Part shown: positions 30,044-38,563 of the stretch, piece by piece
How the letters are laid out: every line of letters begins with the position of its first letter
How positions within the stretch are numbered: the first letter of the stretch is position 1
DNA from: an uncultured cyanobacterium
Lineage (GTDB): Bacteria > Cyanobacteriota > Cyanobacteriia > Leptolyngbyales > Leptolyngbyaceae
Length of the DNA: 42,086 bases
Direction of reading: 5' to 3'
Assembly: GCA_963766075.1 (NCBI GenBank)
Contig: CAVYAN010000090.1
Location: forward strand, 1 to 42,086
Position numbers and translations under genes: made by a program
Notes under the pieces: model-generated
The model's input: the letters and a program-made list of their open reading frames with translations, nothing else
Told to the model about the DNA's origin: nothing
Database searches by the model: none

Positions 30044-30853
30044 CTACTCTGCTAAAGGAGCGGCGCTAGAGGGGCTGATCTCACTATGGCTAATCTCACT
30101 ATGAAGGGTGATGAGACGCTCTGATAATTGTCCGAGGTGGGTTTCTAAGTACTGCTTCCGGGCCAGCAGATGGCGAAGCTGTTGGTGACGGGCGATCGCC
30201 AAACTGACGGCGGGAACCTGCTCTGCGGGACAATGCCGCACCCACAGTTGGCCGTCTTCCTTTAAGCCGCACAGCCGATAACCCGCTCCATCCAATAAGG
30301 GGTTCTGGTCGGCAGTGGTGGGGGCGGCGATCGGGGCACGCCACTGGGTTGCAGCCCAGTCCGCCAGACAATCCGCTTCCACATGGCGCAGTTCCGGGGC
30401 AGGGCGATCATCCTGGGCATAGGACTCCAACCAGCCCGCGACAATCGGGCCAGCCGCGTAGAGGCTGTGAATTTGCTGTTGGATGTGGCGCAGTTCTCCC
30501 TGCCACTGACTGACAATGTGGGTCATTTCTTGAAGCAAACCCAGCGCCAATCCAGGATTGACTGCGTTGCGGTGGCTCGTAAAACTGGTGGGCTTGAGTT
30601 TCGGCAGCATGGGAACTGGACTGGATGGCGAACTATCCTCCGCCTGCGGTAAAACCGGCGTTGCGGGGCGTGTAGGCGGAGGAATGGGGGGAGTTTGCGC
30701 GGGTAATCCGGTACCCCGCAGATCAAAAGACCAACGTGCTGGCTTTGCAGCGGGCGATCCAGAAACCCCGAGCTGGGGACGAACGGCGTCATGGGCAGAG
30801 GGTTCTGCGAGATGCTGCAAAGTCGTTTCAATCCGCTGGAGTTGTGGAGTCAT
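30044..30853 (-). CDS. Cyanobacterial-type hypothetical coiled-coil protein
   Basis: Pro-rich N-terminus; GPIVAGWLES; GYRLCGL; CPAEQVPAVSLAIAR. Confidence 0.75.
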   Translation of the reverse strand: MTPQLQRIETTLQHLAEPSAHDAVRPQLGVSGSPAAKPARWSFDLRGTGLPAQTPPIPPPTRPATPVLPQAEDSSPSSPVPMLPKLKPTSFTSHRNAVNPGLALGLLQEMTHIVSQWQGELRHIQQQIHSLYAAGPIVAGWLESYAQDDRPAPELRHVEADCLADWAATQWRAPIAAPTTADQNPLLDGAGYRLCGLKEDGQLWVRHCPAEQVPAVSLAIARHQQLRHLLARKQYLETHLGQLSERLITLHSEISHSEISPSSAAPLAE

Positions 30854-31046
30854 AGTCGCCGACTGGAGTTTTTCGTGTCCCGATTATGCGGCAAAACTGG
30901 GCCTGTGATGCATTTTTTGCTGGGCTGTGTTTGTGGGGCTGTGGTTCAATAAGGGGAACTGGGGTGCAGCGATCGCCCAAAATGCAACTTTGAGATCGGC
31001 CTCACCAAAAAGTTTGGCGGTTGGCACCCCGTCAGGTTGGGAATAG

Positions 31047-31090
31047 CGACAGGGCATGGAAGCAGCACGACAGGGCATGGAAGCAGCACG
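31047..31090 (+). repeat. 21-nt tandem duplication spanning the cobU start codon
   Basis: cgacagggcatggaagcagca x2. Confidence 0.9.
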
Positions 31091-31667
31091 GCAGATTGTA
31101 TTGGTGACAGGACCGGCCCGCTCTGGCAAGAGTGAGTGGGCGGAAGCTTTGGCGCGGCGGGCAGGACAGCCCGTGGTTTATGTCGCAACAGCCCAAACCG
31201 ACCCTACAGACCTGGAATGGCAGGCCCGCATTGAGCGCCATCGGCAGCGGCGGCCTAGCGATTGGCAGACACGGCCTGTGCCAGTGGAGTTGGCAGCGGT
31301 ATTGCGGGGCGCACAGGCTGGAGACTGTTTCCTCGTGGATTCCTTGGGAACTTGGTTGGCCAACTGCCTGGAGCAAGACGATCGCACCTGGGCTCACACG
31401 GTCACCGCCTTGCTAGACAGTCTGGCCCAAGGGTTGGGTACGGTGATTTTTGTCAGTGAAGAAACGGGCTGGGGGGTAGTGCCCGCCTACCCTTTGGGGC
31501 GAACTTTTCGCGATCGCCTCGGCGGATTGACGCGAGCCGTGGCGGCGGTGGCGGATACGGTGTACTTGGTCACGGGGGGCTATGTGCTGGATCTGGGGCA
31601 ACTGGGGCAACCCTTGGCCGGGATCGGGATAGACAGCACGCCGATCCCCAATCAGCCCAAAAATTGA
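31056..31667 (+). CDS. cobU: Bifunctional adenosylcobinamide kinase / adenosylcobinamide-phosphate guanylyltransferase
   Basis: LVTGPARSGKS, YVATA, RIERHRQRR, LVDSLGTW, SEETGWG, FRDRLG; alternative start 31077. Confidence 0.95.
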   Translation: MEAARQGMEAARQIVLVTGPARSGKSEWAEALARRAGQPVVYVATAQTDPTDLEWQARIERHRQRRPSDWQTRPVPVELAAVLRGAQAGDCFLVDSLGTWLANCLEQDDRTWAHTVTALLDSLAQGLGTVIFVSEETGWGVVPAYPLGRTFRDRLGGLTRAVAAVADTVYLVTGGYVLDLGQLGQPLAGIGIDSTPIPNQPKN

Positions 31668-31669
31668 TT

Positions 31670-31844
31670 TTTGTAAAGTAACTACGCAGAGATCGCGATC
31701 GCCTCTCTGGGGTTGCCGAGTTTGACCCACCCCGCCCTGCGGGCACCCCTCCTAGGAGGGGATATTTTCGAGCATTTTTCTCCTGGGAGGGGTGCGAAGT
31801 GGGTGCAACGGATGGCACAAGCTCGTGAGTAGTTACTTTGTAAA
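31670..31844. mobile_element. MITE/REP-like nested inverted-repeat element
   Basis: Terminal IR 16/19 (tttgtaaagtaactacgca / tgagtagttactttgtaaa); internal IR gcacccctcctaggag / ctcctgggaggggtgc. Confidence 0.5.
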
Positions 31845-31940
31845 TTTAACTATAGGTGCAGATTTAGGGCCGTTGCGTCTGGCAATGCGGACTTAGGATG
31901 GATGGAAGAACAGGCAGTCTTTTTTCACGGAACGGTTAAG

Positions 31941-32351
31941 ATGGCATCCGAACAGGACGTAAAGCAATATCTTGCCTATTGGTTTCAATTGGGTAAGGGC
32001 ATCGTGATGCCGGGTGAGCGGCAGCCAATCGTGCCCGCTGCGGTGATTTGTGGGAGTCACTATAGTGCGGAGTTTGAGGCACTGTGGACCAGGCTGCGAT
32101 CGCCCGGGGCTGGAGACTGTTATTTGCAGGGGACATCCCAAACGGTCTCCGAACTCCTGACTCCTCGCTGGGCGATTGATCCCTGTGCCCGCTGCACCAT
32201 GCTAGTGCCCCTGCAAAACTTTGGGCTGCCGCCCATGGGATGCCCCTGTGCGGATATGCCCAACTGGCCCAATACGGAGCTGCCACTGCCGCGATCGCCC
32301 GTGAATAGTCGATCGCGACTGGAGGCCATTCGCGATCGACTACAGCAGTGA
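31941..32351 (+). CDS. Cyanobacterial-type hypothetical protein with Cys motifs
   Basis: MASEQDVKQYLAYWFQLGK, CYLQGT, CARC, CPC..MPNWPN. Confidence 0.8.
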   Translation: MASEQDVKQYLAYWFQLGKGIVMPGERQPIVPAAVICGSHYSAEFEALWTRLRSPGAGDCYLQGTSQTVSELLTPRWAIDPCARCTMLVPLQNFGLPPMGCPCADMPNWPNTELPLPRSPVNSRSRLEAIRDRLQQ

Positions 32352-32376
32352 CACGAGAGTCTTTTTAATTCTGAGT

Positions 32377-34365
32377 TTAATCCTGCACCGAGGGCGGCGG
32401 ATTGACGGGACTGGGTACCAGGGGGAGGGTGTCGGCACTATCGTCACGGAGCAGTTGTTTCACTTGGCCAAGCAGGGTGCCCAGTTTGCCATCTTCTAGG
32501 AGAGTATTAATCAGGGAGAGGCCGCTGGTGGAGAGTAACAGTTTATTAATGTCTTGGGCTGCACCGCCATTACTGCCCGGAAAGGAGTAGACCCGAGCAT
32601 CGCCGAGGACGCCGGGTTGGGGGGCAAGGGCTTGCAGGACTTCGGGTAGGCGATCGGCAATTTCGGGGAACAGGGTGGTAATTACGTTGGCTAGCAGATT
32701 GGGGTTGCTGATGGCGTTTTTGGCTTCGACTTGGGAGCGGATACCATCGGCTTCAGCTAGGGCTTTGTCGCGGTTGGCAGCGGCCAGGATGCGGATGGCT
32801 TCGGCTTCGAGTTCAGCGGCCTGTTGGGCGACTTCGGCCTGACGACGGCGGCGGAAGGCATCCAGTTCGATGACGTTGCGATCGCTGATGCTGCGTTCCT
32901 GGGCTTCGCGATCGGCGGCAATCAATGAGAGCTGCTTGGTGCGTTCGGCTTTTTCAACCTCGGTGGCGGTGGTGACAGAAGATTCGGCCTTGGCCCGAGC
33001 GGCTTCGGCCAGAAAGCTTTCCTGCCGTTTCGTGGCCAGAGCAATGTTGACTTCTTCCTGGGCGAGGCGGGCGCGGCGATCGGACTCGGCAATCTGCACC
33101 TGGGATTGCAGGCGACTGGCTTCGACGGTTTGCACGCGCAGGATTTCGGCAACTTCGGCTTCCTGTTGTTGCAGAGCTTGGGCCACTTTAAGCTGCTTGT
33201 TGCGTTCCTCAAGGGAAATGTCGGCTTCAATTTGGCTTTGTTGCACGGACAGCTTTTTGCGGATTTCTTCTTCTTCGACAGACTGGGCTTGCAGAATTTG
33301 GGCGCGCTGGGCGGCGGCGGTTTCGCGGAATTGGGCTTCTTGGATTTCGCGCTCGCGCTGGGCTTTGGCTGCTTCAATTTGCAACTGTTGATCGAGGCGG
33401 GCGGTTTGGGTTTCCTGGGCAATTTGCAGCGATCGCTTTTGGGCGTCTAACTCTTTTTGCTCGATCGCCACCTGGGTGGAGAGTTCCACCTCGCGTTTTT
33501 GCTGAATCGATCGCTGAATCGTTTCCGTCCGCAGGCGCACCCCTTGGGCATCAAAGAAGTTATTTTCGTCGTAGGTATCACTTTCCTGGATTTCGGAAAT
33601 GGCAATGTTGTTCAGGGTCAGGCCCACCTTACTGAGATCCTGCTGCATCAGATTCAGCACTTCCTGCGCAAATCCCAACTTATCGGAATCAATTTCGGCC
33701 AGATCCTTATTTTTAGCGGCAGCCCGAATCGCATCATCAGCCCGCTTTTCCAGAGCGTTTTTAATATCCTCGGGGGTAATGCGATTGTTTTGGGAGAGGC
33801 GGGCGGCGGCGGTCAGGACATCTTCTTCAGAGGCGGTGATGCAGACGTAGAAAGTCACGCGCATATCGGCCCGCAGGTAGTCCTGAGTCCGCACGGCTAA
33901 TTTACCCGTCCGCTCAACGTCAATGGAAATTTCCCGCAGGGGGACTCGGGTCAGCTCGTGAAAACCGGGCAGCACCACGCAGCCCCCGTTGAGGATGACG
34001 GTTTTTTGCTTGGCGAAGACGCCGCCGGTCCGCACAAAGGCTTCGTTGTTGGGGGTGATGGTGTAGACGCGGGTGTAGGCCCAAACACTCATGAGCAGCA
34101 AAATTACCAAGGCTGCAATGACGCCGGGAAAAAACAACAGTCCCGGACTGAGGGTAAGGCTGGATTGGGCCAGGGTGGGTGAACTGGCGCTAGCTGTCAG
34201 GATCTGGCTGGAGGCGACTCCGGATTCAGCGCCCCGGAGGTTAGCGACGATCGCCCCTTCTGAATGGGCTGTCTGACCCGATGCCGGGGCGATCGTCGCG
34301 GTTTCGGAAACAGCCATTGCGGGCACTGGGGGCAACGTCTGGAGCAAGTTCAGCCAAAATCCCAT
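32377..34365 (-). CDS. Flotillin-family (YqiK-like) SPFH protein
   Basis: TM, EAFVRTGG, RTQDYLRADM, YDENNFFDAQG, long EA-rich coiled coil. Confidence 0.9.
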   Translation of the reverse strand: MGFWLNLLQTLPPVPAMAVSETATIAPASGQTAHSEGAIVANLRGAESGVASSQILTASASSPTLAQSSLTLSPGLLFFPGVIAALVILLLMSVWAYTRVYTITPNNEAFVRTGGVFAKQKTVILNGGCVVLPGFHELTRVPLREISIDVERTGKLAVRTQDYLRADMRVTFYVCITASEEDVLTAAARLSQNNRITPEDIKNALEKRADDAIRAAAKNKDLAEIDSDKLGFAQEVLNLMQQDLSKVGLTLNNIAISEIQESDTYDENNFFDAQGVRLRTETIQRSIQQKREVELSTQVAIEQKELDAQKRSLQIAQETQTARLDQQLQIEAAKAQREREIQEAQFRETAAAQRAQILQAQSVEEEEIRKKLSVQQSQIEADISLEERNKQLKVAQALQQQEAEVAEILRVQTVEASRLQSQVQIAESDRRARLAQEEVNIALATKRQESFLAEAARAKAESSVTTATEVEKAERTKQLSLIAADREAQERSISDRNVIELDAFRRRRQAEVAQQAAELEAEAIRILAAANRDKALAEADGIRSQVEAKNAISNPNLLANVITTLFPEIADRLPEVLQALAPQPGVLGDARVYSFPGSNGGAAQDINKLLLSTSGLSLINTLLEDGKLGTLLGQVKQLLRDDSADTLPLVPSPVNPPPSVQD

Positions 34366-34380
34366 GACTTCAGTATCCTT

Positions 34381-34450
34381 CAGTGTGAATGTGCAGTGTG
34401 AATGGTGCAGTGTGAATGGTGCAGTGTGAATGGTGCAGGGCGAATGGTGC
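34381..34450. repeat. 14-nt period tandem repeat (about 5 copies of CAGTGTGAATGGTG)
   Basis: Directly visible between the YqiJ-like and flotillin genes. Confidence 0.85.
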
Positions 34451-34451
34451 G

Positions 34452-35123
34452 CTAGCCCGGTCGAGCCTCGTGGGTATTGCTAAACCAAGTGTCTTGATCG
34501 GGGCTATCTTTGGCGATGACCAGGTAGTAGTCCGGCTGGCGATCGATGACGAGCACCTGATCACCCCGACGGGGACAAATCGTGGACCAATCGGGACGGG
34601 CCGTGGCAATAGTCAACCGATTGCGGGCCGTGTCAAATACGTCTACTTGGCCGATGCGGCGATCGCCCAGAGCCGGAATCATGGCGGAACTGACAGTGCC
34701 CACACAACCGATTAGGCGATCGCCACTGGCATCTTCACCAAACTGGGCAAAGATTTTGGATAACGGTTTGGATACTAAGCTGCCGCCCACAAGGGCACTC
34801 GCCAGGGCAACACCTAGGACTAACCCAGCGCCTAAGCCCGTGGGGCTACCGGCGACGACATTCAGCATCCAGCCCACCACTCCCAGCAGGCTAAAATCAG
34901 TGGCCAGCAACAACAGCAGCGGAGCCTTCCCAAACCCGAGCCAGCCCACCGCCTGCCCCCAACTAAAATCAGATGGGGCATCGCCATCAACATCGGCGTC
35001 GCTATCAATATCTCCATCGGCATCGGCATCGCCCCCACCGGTGAAGATCACGAGTAAAAATAACAGAACGCCGATCGCAAGGACAATCCAGTAGGGCAAA
35101 TGACTGAGACTAAACAGCATCAT
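34452..35123 (-). CDS. YqiJ/DUF1449 (NfeD-like OB-fold) flotillin partner
   Basis: LPYWIVL, acidic DADAD linker, WLGFGKAPL, LIGCVGTV, GDQVLVI; directly upstream of flotillin. Confidence 0.8.
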   Translation of the reverse strand: MMLFSLSHLPYWIVLAIGVLLFLLVIFTGGGDADADGDIDSDADVDGDAPSDFSWGQAVGWLGFGKAPLLLLLATDFSLLGVVGWMLNVVAGSPTGLGAGLVLGVALASALVGGSLVSKPLSKIFAQFGEDASGDRLIGCVGTVSSAMIPALGDRRIGQVDVFDTARNRLTIATARPDWSTICPRRGDQVLVIDRQPDYYLVIAKDSPDQDTWFSNTHEARPG

Positions 35124-35334
35124 GATTAATCCGGCGAAGACGAAAGCAATCAACCTTGCCGCCAGGATACTCTACAGATTCAATCTCGGCGTCAATCTTG
35201 ACTGAAAAGCCTGGGTTAAGCCTGGAGCACTATCCGCGCAGTAACGACTACACGTGGCGGCGGGGCGGTTCCCGAAAGTGTCGTAGGCGTTACCGGATTC
35301 CCGCTGAATAGCCGATGGGATCAACGGCGATCGC

Positions 35335-36339
35335 CTAAAACTGGCGCAAAAACCGCAGATCGCTGGTATACAGACGGCGGATATCGTCAATTTGGTGCAG
35401 CACCATAGCTAGCCGCTCGACGCCAAAGCCCCCGGCAAACCCGGTGTAAATTTCTGGATCGTAGCCAACGGACTTCAGCACATTCGGATCGACCATGCCG
35501 CAGCCCATAATTTCCAACCAGCGCCCACGCCATTTGACATCCACTTCGGCAGACGGCTCCGTAAAGGGGAAGAAACTGGGGCGCATCCGAATTTCCAAGG
35601 CGTCGCCAAACAGTTCTTCTAAAAAGGATTTTACCGTGCCTTTCATGTCGGTAAAGGTCAACCCTTCATCGATCGCCAGAAATTCGATCTGGTGGAACAC
35701 GGCGGAGTGGGTGGCATCCACCGTATCCCGGCGGTAGCAGCGCCCCGGCATGACGATGCGCACAGGCGGCTCGTTGGCCTCCATGTAGCGAATTTGGACC
35801 GAGGAGGTGTGGGTCCGCATAATGTTGCCATCTGGCAAATACAGGGTGTCCTGCATGTCGCGGGCCGGATGGTCCGGTAAAAAGTTGAGGGCTTCAAAGT
35901 TATAGTAGTCGGTTTCCATTTCCGGCCCTTCAGCCACCGTGTAGCCGAGGCCCACAAAGATATCCAGGACGCGATCGGTCATACCGTTGAGCGGATGCAC
36001 CCGGCCCTGGGGAACGAAGGTTCCCGGCATGGTGACGTCGAGGGTTTCGGAGTCGAGTCGCGCTTGGATCTGGGCCGTTTGCAGGGCGTCGCGCCGCTGG
36101 TCAATGTCGCCCTGGATGGCTTCTTTAATCTGGTTGGCCAAGGCCCCGATTCAAGGGCGATCGCCCGCATCCAATTTGCCCATGCCGCCCAACACCTGGG
36201 GAATTGGTCCTTTTTTGCCCAGGTATTTAACCCGCAGTTGCTCCAACTGCTCTAGGGTGTCGGTGGCCACCAGGGCCGCTTGGGCTTCCTGGCGAATGGC
36301 TTCAAGTTGGGCTTCAAGTTCTTGCGGCTGAACAGTCAT
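35335..36339 (-). CDS. pheS: Phenylalanine-tRNA ligase alpha subunit, with in-frame TGA at 36151-36153 (probable sequencing error)
   Basis: [44 protein letters not shown]; both ORF parts are in the same frame. Confidence 0.95.
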
Positions 36340-36431
36340 ACTAGGGAGGGATAAAGGGGAAAGATTAAACGGGCTAGCGGTACGGGATTCGAGGCAGCCC
36401 AAGTAAACCCAAATACTAGTGTAGAGGAAGG

Positions 36432-37244
36432 ATGAAATTACTTATCAGTAATGACGATGGCATTTCGGCCATGGGGGTGCGATCGCTGGCCGATGGTTTG
36501 GCAACAGCGGGGCATGAGGTGTTTGTGGTGTGCCCGGATGGGGAGCGATCGGCAACGGGGCACGGCCTCACGCTGCACCACCCGATTCGAGCCGAACTGG
36601 TGGAGTCGATTTTCCACCCCACGATTAAAGCCTGGGCCTGTTCGGGCACGCCCGCTGATTGTGTCAAGCTGGCCCTGTGGTCGCTACTGGATCGCCGGCC
36701 AGATTTTGTCTTGGCCGGGATTAATCACGGGGCCAACCTGGGCACCGATGTGTTGTATTCCGGTACGGTGTCGGCGGCGATGGAAGGGTTGGTGGAAGGA
36801 ATTCCTAGTATTGCCTTTAGCTTGACCAGCTACCGGGCCAGCGGGGGTCGCGATTTTACTGTGGCGGCGGAGTTTGCCTGCGCCTTGGTGGGTCAGTTGG
36901 CCGCACAGCCGCTACCAGAACCCATGTTGTTGAATGTCAATGTGCCGCCGGTGGCAGCGGCAGAGATTACGGGTGTGGCCTTGACCCGGCAGGGCATTCG
37001 TCGCTATGTGGATGTGTTTGACCAGCGGACGGATCCACGGGGGAAAACCTATTATTGGCTCTCGGGGGAGGCGATCGAGGATATTGAGCAGCCGACGGAT
37101 GACGGTACAACGCCGTTGCCGACGGATGTGCAGGCGATTCGCGATCGCTACATTTCCCTGACTCCCCTGCAATACAACCTTACTGCTGTTCGGGGCCTGC
37201 GCCAGTTGGAAGCAAGGCCGTTTGAGTGGCGGCCAGAGGTCTAA
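36432..37244 (+). CDS. surE: 5'/3'-nucleotidase SurE
   Basis: [38 protein letters not shown]. Confidence 0.96.
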   Translation: MKLLISNDDGISAMGVRSLADGLATAGHEVFVVCPDGERSATGHGLTLHHPIRAELVESIFHPTIKAWACSGTPADCVKLALWSLLDRRPDFVLAGINHGANLGTDVLYSGTVSAAMEGLVEGIPSIAFSLTSYRASGGRDFTVAAEFACALVGQLAAQPLPEPMLLNVNVPPVAAAEITGVALTRQGIRRYVDVFDQRTDPRGKTYYWLSGEAIEDIEQPTDDGTTPLPTDVQAIRDRYISLTPLQYNLTAVRGLRQLEARPFEWRPEV

Positions 37245-37333
37245 TTTGAAGCCCCCTCAACCAGCGCGATCGCTCCCTTGCCTCTCCACTGCAATCCCTG
37301 CTTGACTCCTCTAAACAAAACTTGAGTCGGGGT

Positions 37334-37377
37334 CAGCGCTGCGATCGCTCTCCGGCGGGGGATTGATCGCAGCGCTG
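37334..37377. terminator. GC-rich hairpin between convergent surE and the small gene
   Basis: cagcgctgcgatc ... gatcgcagcgctg, 13-bp arms. Confidence 0.55.
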
Positions 37378-37392
37378 CTGACTTTCCCTGGG

Positions 37393-37665
37393 TTATTCCG
37401 TGCGCATGCCCCGAGAGGCAACGCGGATGATCACTGGGGTAGATTTGATGGCAATGGCCTTGCTCCATTCACTGGCACCGATCACGTTGACTTGGTGCAG
37501 CAGATTGACCATGGCCCGGACGGCGGGGCGGGAGCCGGTGAGGGTGATGTTGACCCATTCGTTGCCGAGGGTGGTGAGGTCGGTAATGAAGTCGCGATCG
37601 CGTGAGGCCGGATCGTTAACAGAGGACGGGCAATCGTTTCTATCACTCGGCGGTTGAGTGGTCAT
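37393..37665 (-). CDS. 90-aa hypothetical protein
   Basis: AAGGAG RBS 7 nt before ATG; core VNITLTGSRPAVRAMVNLLH...SEWS. Confidence 0.7.
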   Translation of the reverse strand: MTTQPPSDRNDCPSSVNDPASRDRDFITDLTTLGNEWVNITLTGSRPAVRAMVNLLHQVNVIGASEWSKAIAIKSTPVIIRVASRGMRTE

Positions 37666-37759
37666 GATGGGTCTCCTTGTGTTTTTTGTGGGGGAGGGAA
37701 ACCCAAAAACCAAAGCCACCCCGATGCGTTGCAGAGCAGGGTGGCTTGTAAAATGTGAC

Positions 37760-37835
37760 AAGCCGCCATGCTGGACTAATCAGCTTGGGGGTTAGCGATC
37801 GCTTAGTGCTGCTAACACTGGGCGATCGCGTTTTA
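37760..37835 (+). ncRNA. Candidate two-hairpin small RNA divergent from the 90-aa gene
   Basis: TAAAAT at 37749-37754; hairpins with 7-nt loops GACTAAT and CTGCTAA; G-U pairs form only on +; TTTT follows the last stem. Confidence 0.4.
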
Positions 37836-37998
37836 TGGCAGAGGCTTTTGGGCGTCTGGGTGAGCGCGATTAAACCTAGGCGCACTCACCTTAACGCAAG
37901 AGAATACCTAATTGCGCCGCACTTTGCAAGCCCTATTTTGAGCCAAATTTGGGATGGGCAGGCATTTCTGCGGGTTTGCCATCCACCGATGGCTTGAG

Positions 37999-38112
37999 AT
38001 TAAGTTTTGAGAACTCATAATCAACAAGTTTTGAGAACTTATAATCAAGTTTCGAGAACTCGAAATCAAGTTTTGAGAACTCATAATCAATTTTTGGGTT
38101 CTCAAAATCAAG
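37999..38112. repeat. 21-nt tandem repeat, about 5 copies (ATCAAGTTTTGAGAACTCATA)
   Basis: Units at 37999, 38020 (+3 nt), 38044, 38065, 38086; no spacers. Confidence 0.9.
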
Positions 38113-38135
38113 TTGCACCCAGAGCCTGCGCGCTC

Positions 38136-38400
38136 CGCCATGAATTATTTTTAATTGTCCGCTTGCGATTTCTTTTTCAAATTTTTCCTGCAAAAATCCG
38201 ATCAATCTATCATCTTTTTCCACTGAAATAATTTTTGCTCCGGTTTCCAAAAGTTTTTCCGTGAGCGTTCCCTGCCCCGGGCCGACTTCAAGCACAAGTT
38301 CACCATGGTGAACTTCACCGGCTTCCACCATAGCCGAAAGGATTCTTTTTGATTTCAAAAAGTTCTGACCCAGCGATTTTTTTGCAATTATTTTTTCCAT
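38136..38400 (-). CDS. rsmA: 16S rRNA dimethyltransferase RsmA/KsgA, 3'-truncated at chimeric junction
   Basis: AKKSLGQNFL, VLEVGPGQGTLT, VEKD; homology stops at KIIHG where GD is expected. Confidence 0.88.
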
Positions 38401-38439
38401 TCCATTCTTATTTTACTTTATTTGTTGTTTATAGGCGAA

Positions 38440-38557
38440 TGCGTTTTTACATTTGAAAAGACTTACGGAGAAGAATTTTTAGCAAAAAATTCTTTGAGTA
38501 GAGAAAAAATTTTGTGTCGACAAAATTTTTATCGTGCTTTTCAAGTGTGAAAGCGCA
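38440..38557. other. Branched palindromic intergenic element
   Basis: 21-bp outer stem enclosing hairpins aagaattttt/aaaaattctt and aaaaattttgt/acaaaattttt. Confidence 0.75.
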
Positions 38558-38563
38558 GAAGCC

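Larger units (their letters stand above)
3601..37829. repeat. HIP1 octamer (GCGATCGC) dispersed through the central segment
   Basis: Many copies, e.g. 3601, 5140, 37341, 37795, 37822; none noticed in the two flanking segments; cyanobacterial signature. Confidence 0.9.

Noticed and set aside
31668..31845. Cobalamin riboswitch near cobU
   Set aside because: Lies downstream of the gene, and no B12-box consensus was recognised
14298..34365. Two SPFH genes as one system
   Set aside because: 17 kb apart and of different subfamilies; multiple SPFH genes are normal in cyanobacteria
37999..38112. CRISPR array
   Set aside because: Units are contiguous with no unique spacers, and there are no cas genes
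37933..38400. RsmA fused to a heptad-repeat tail
   Set aside because: The tail derives from the 21-nt repeat on the other side of junction 2
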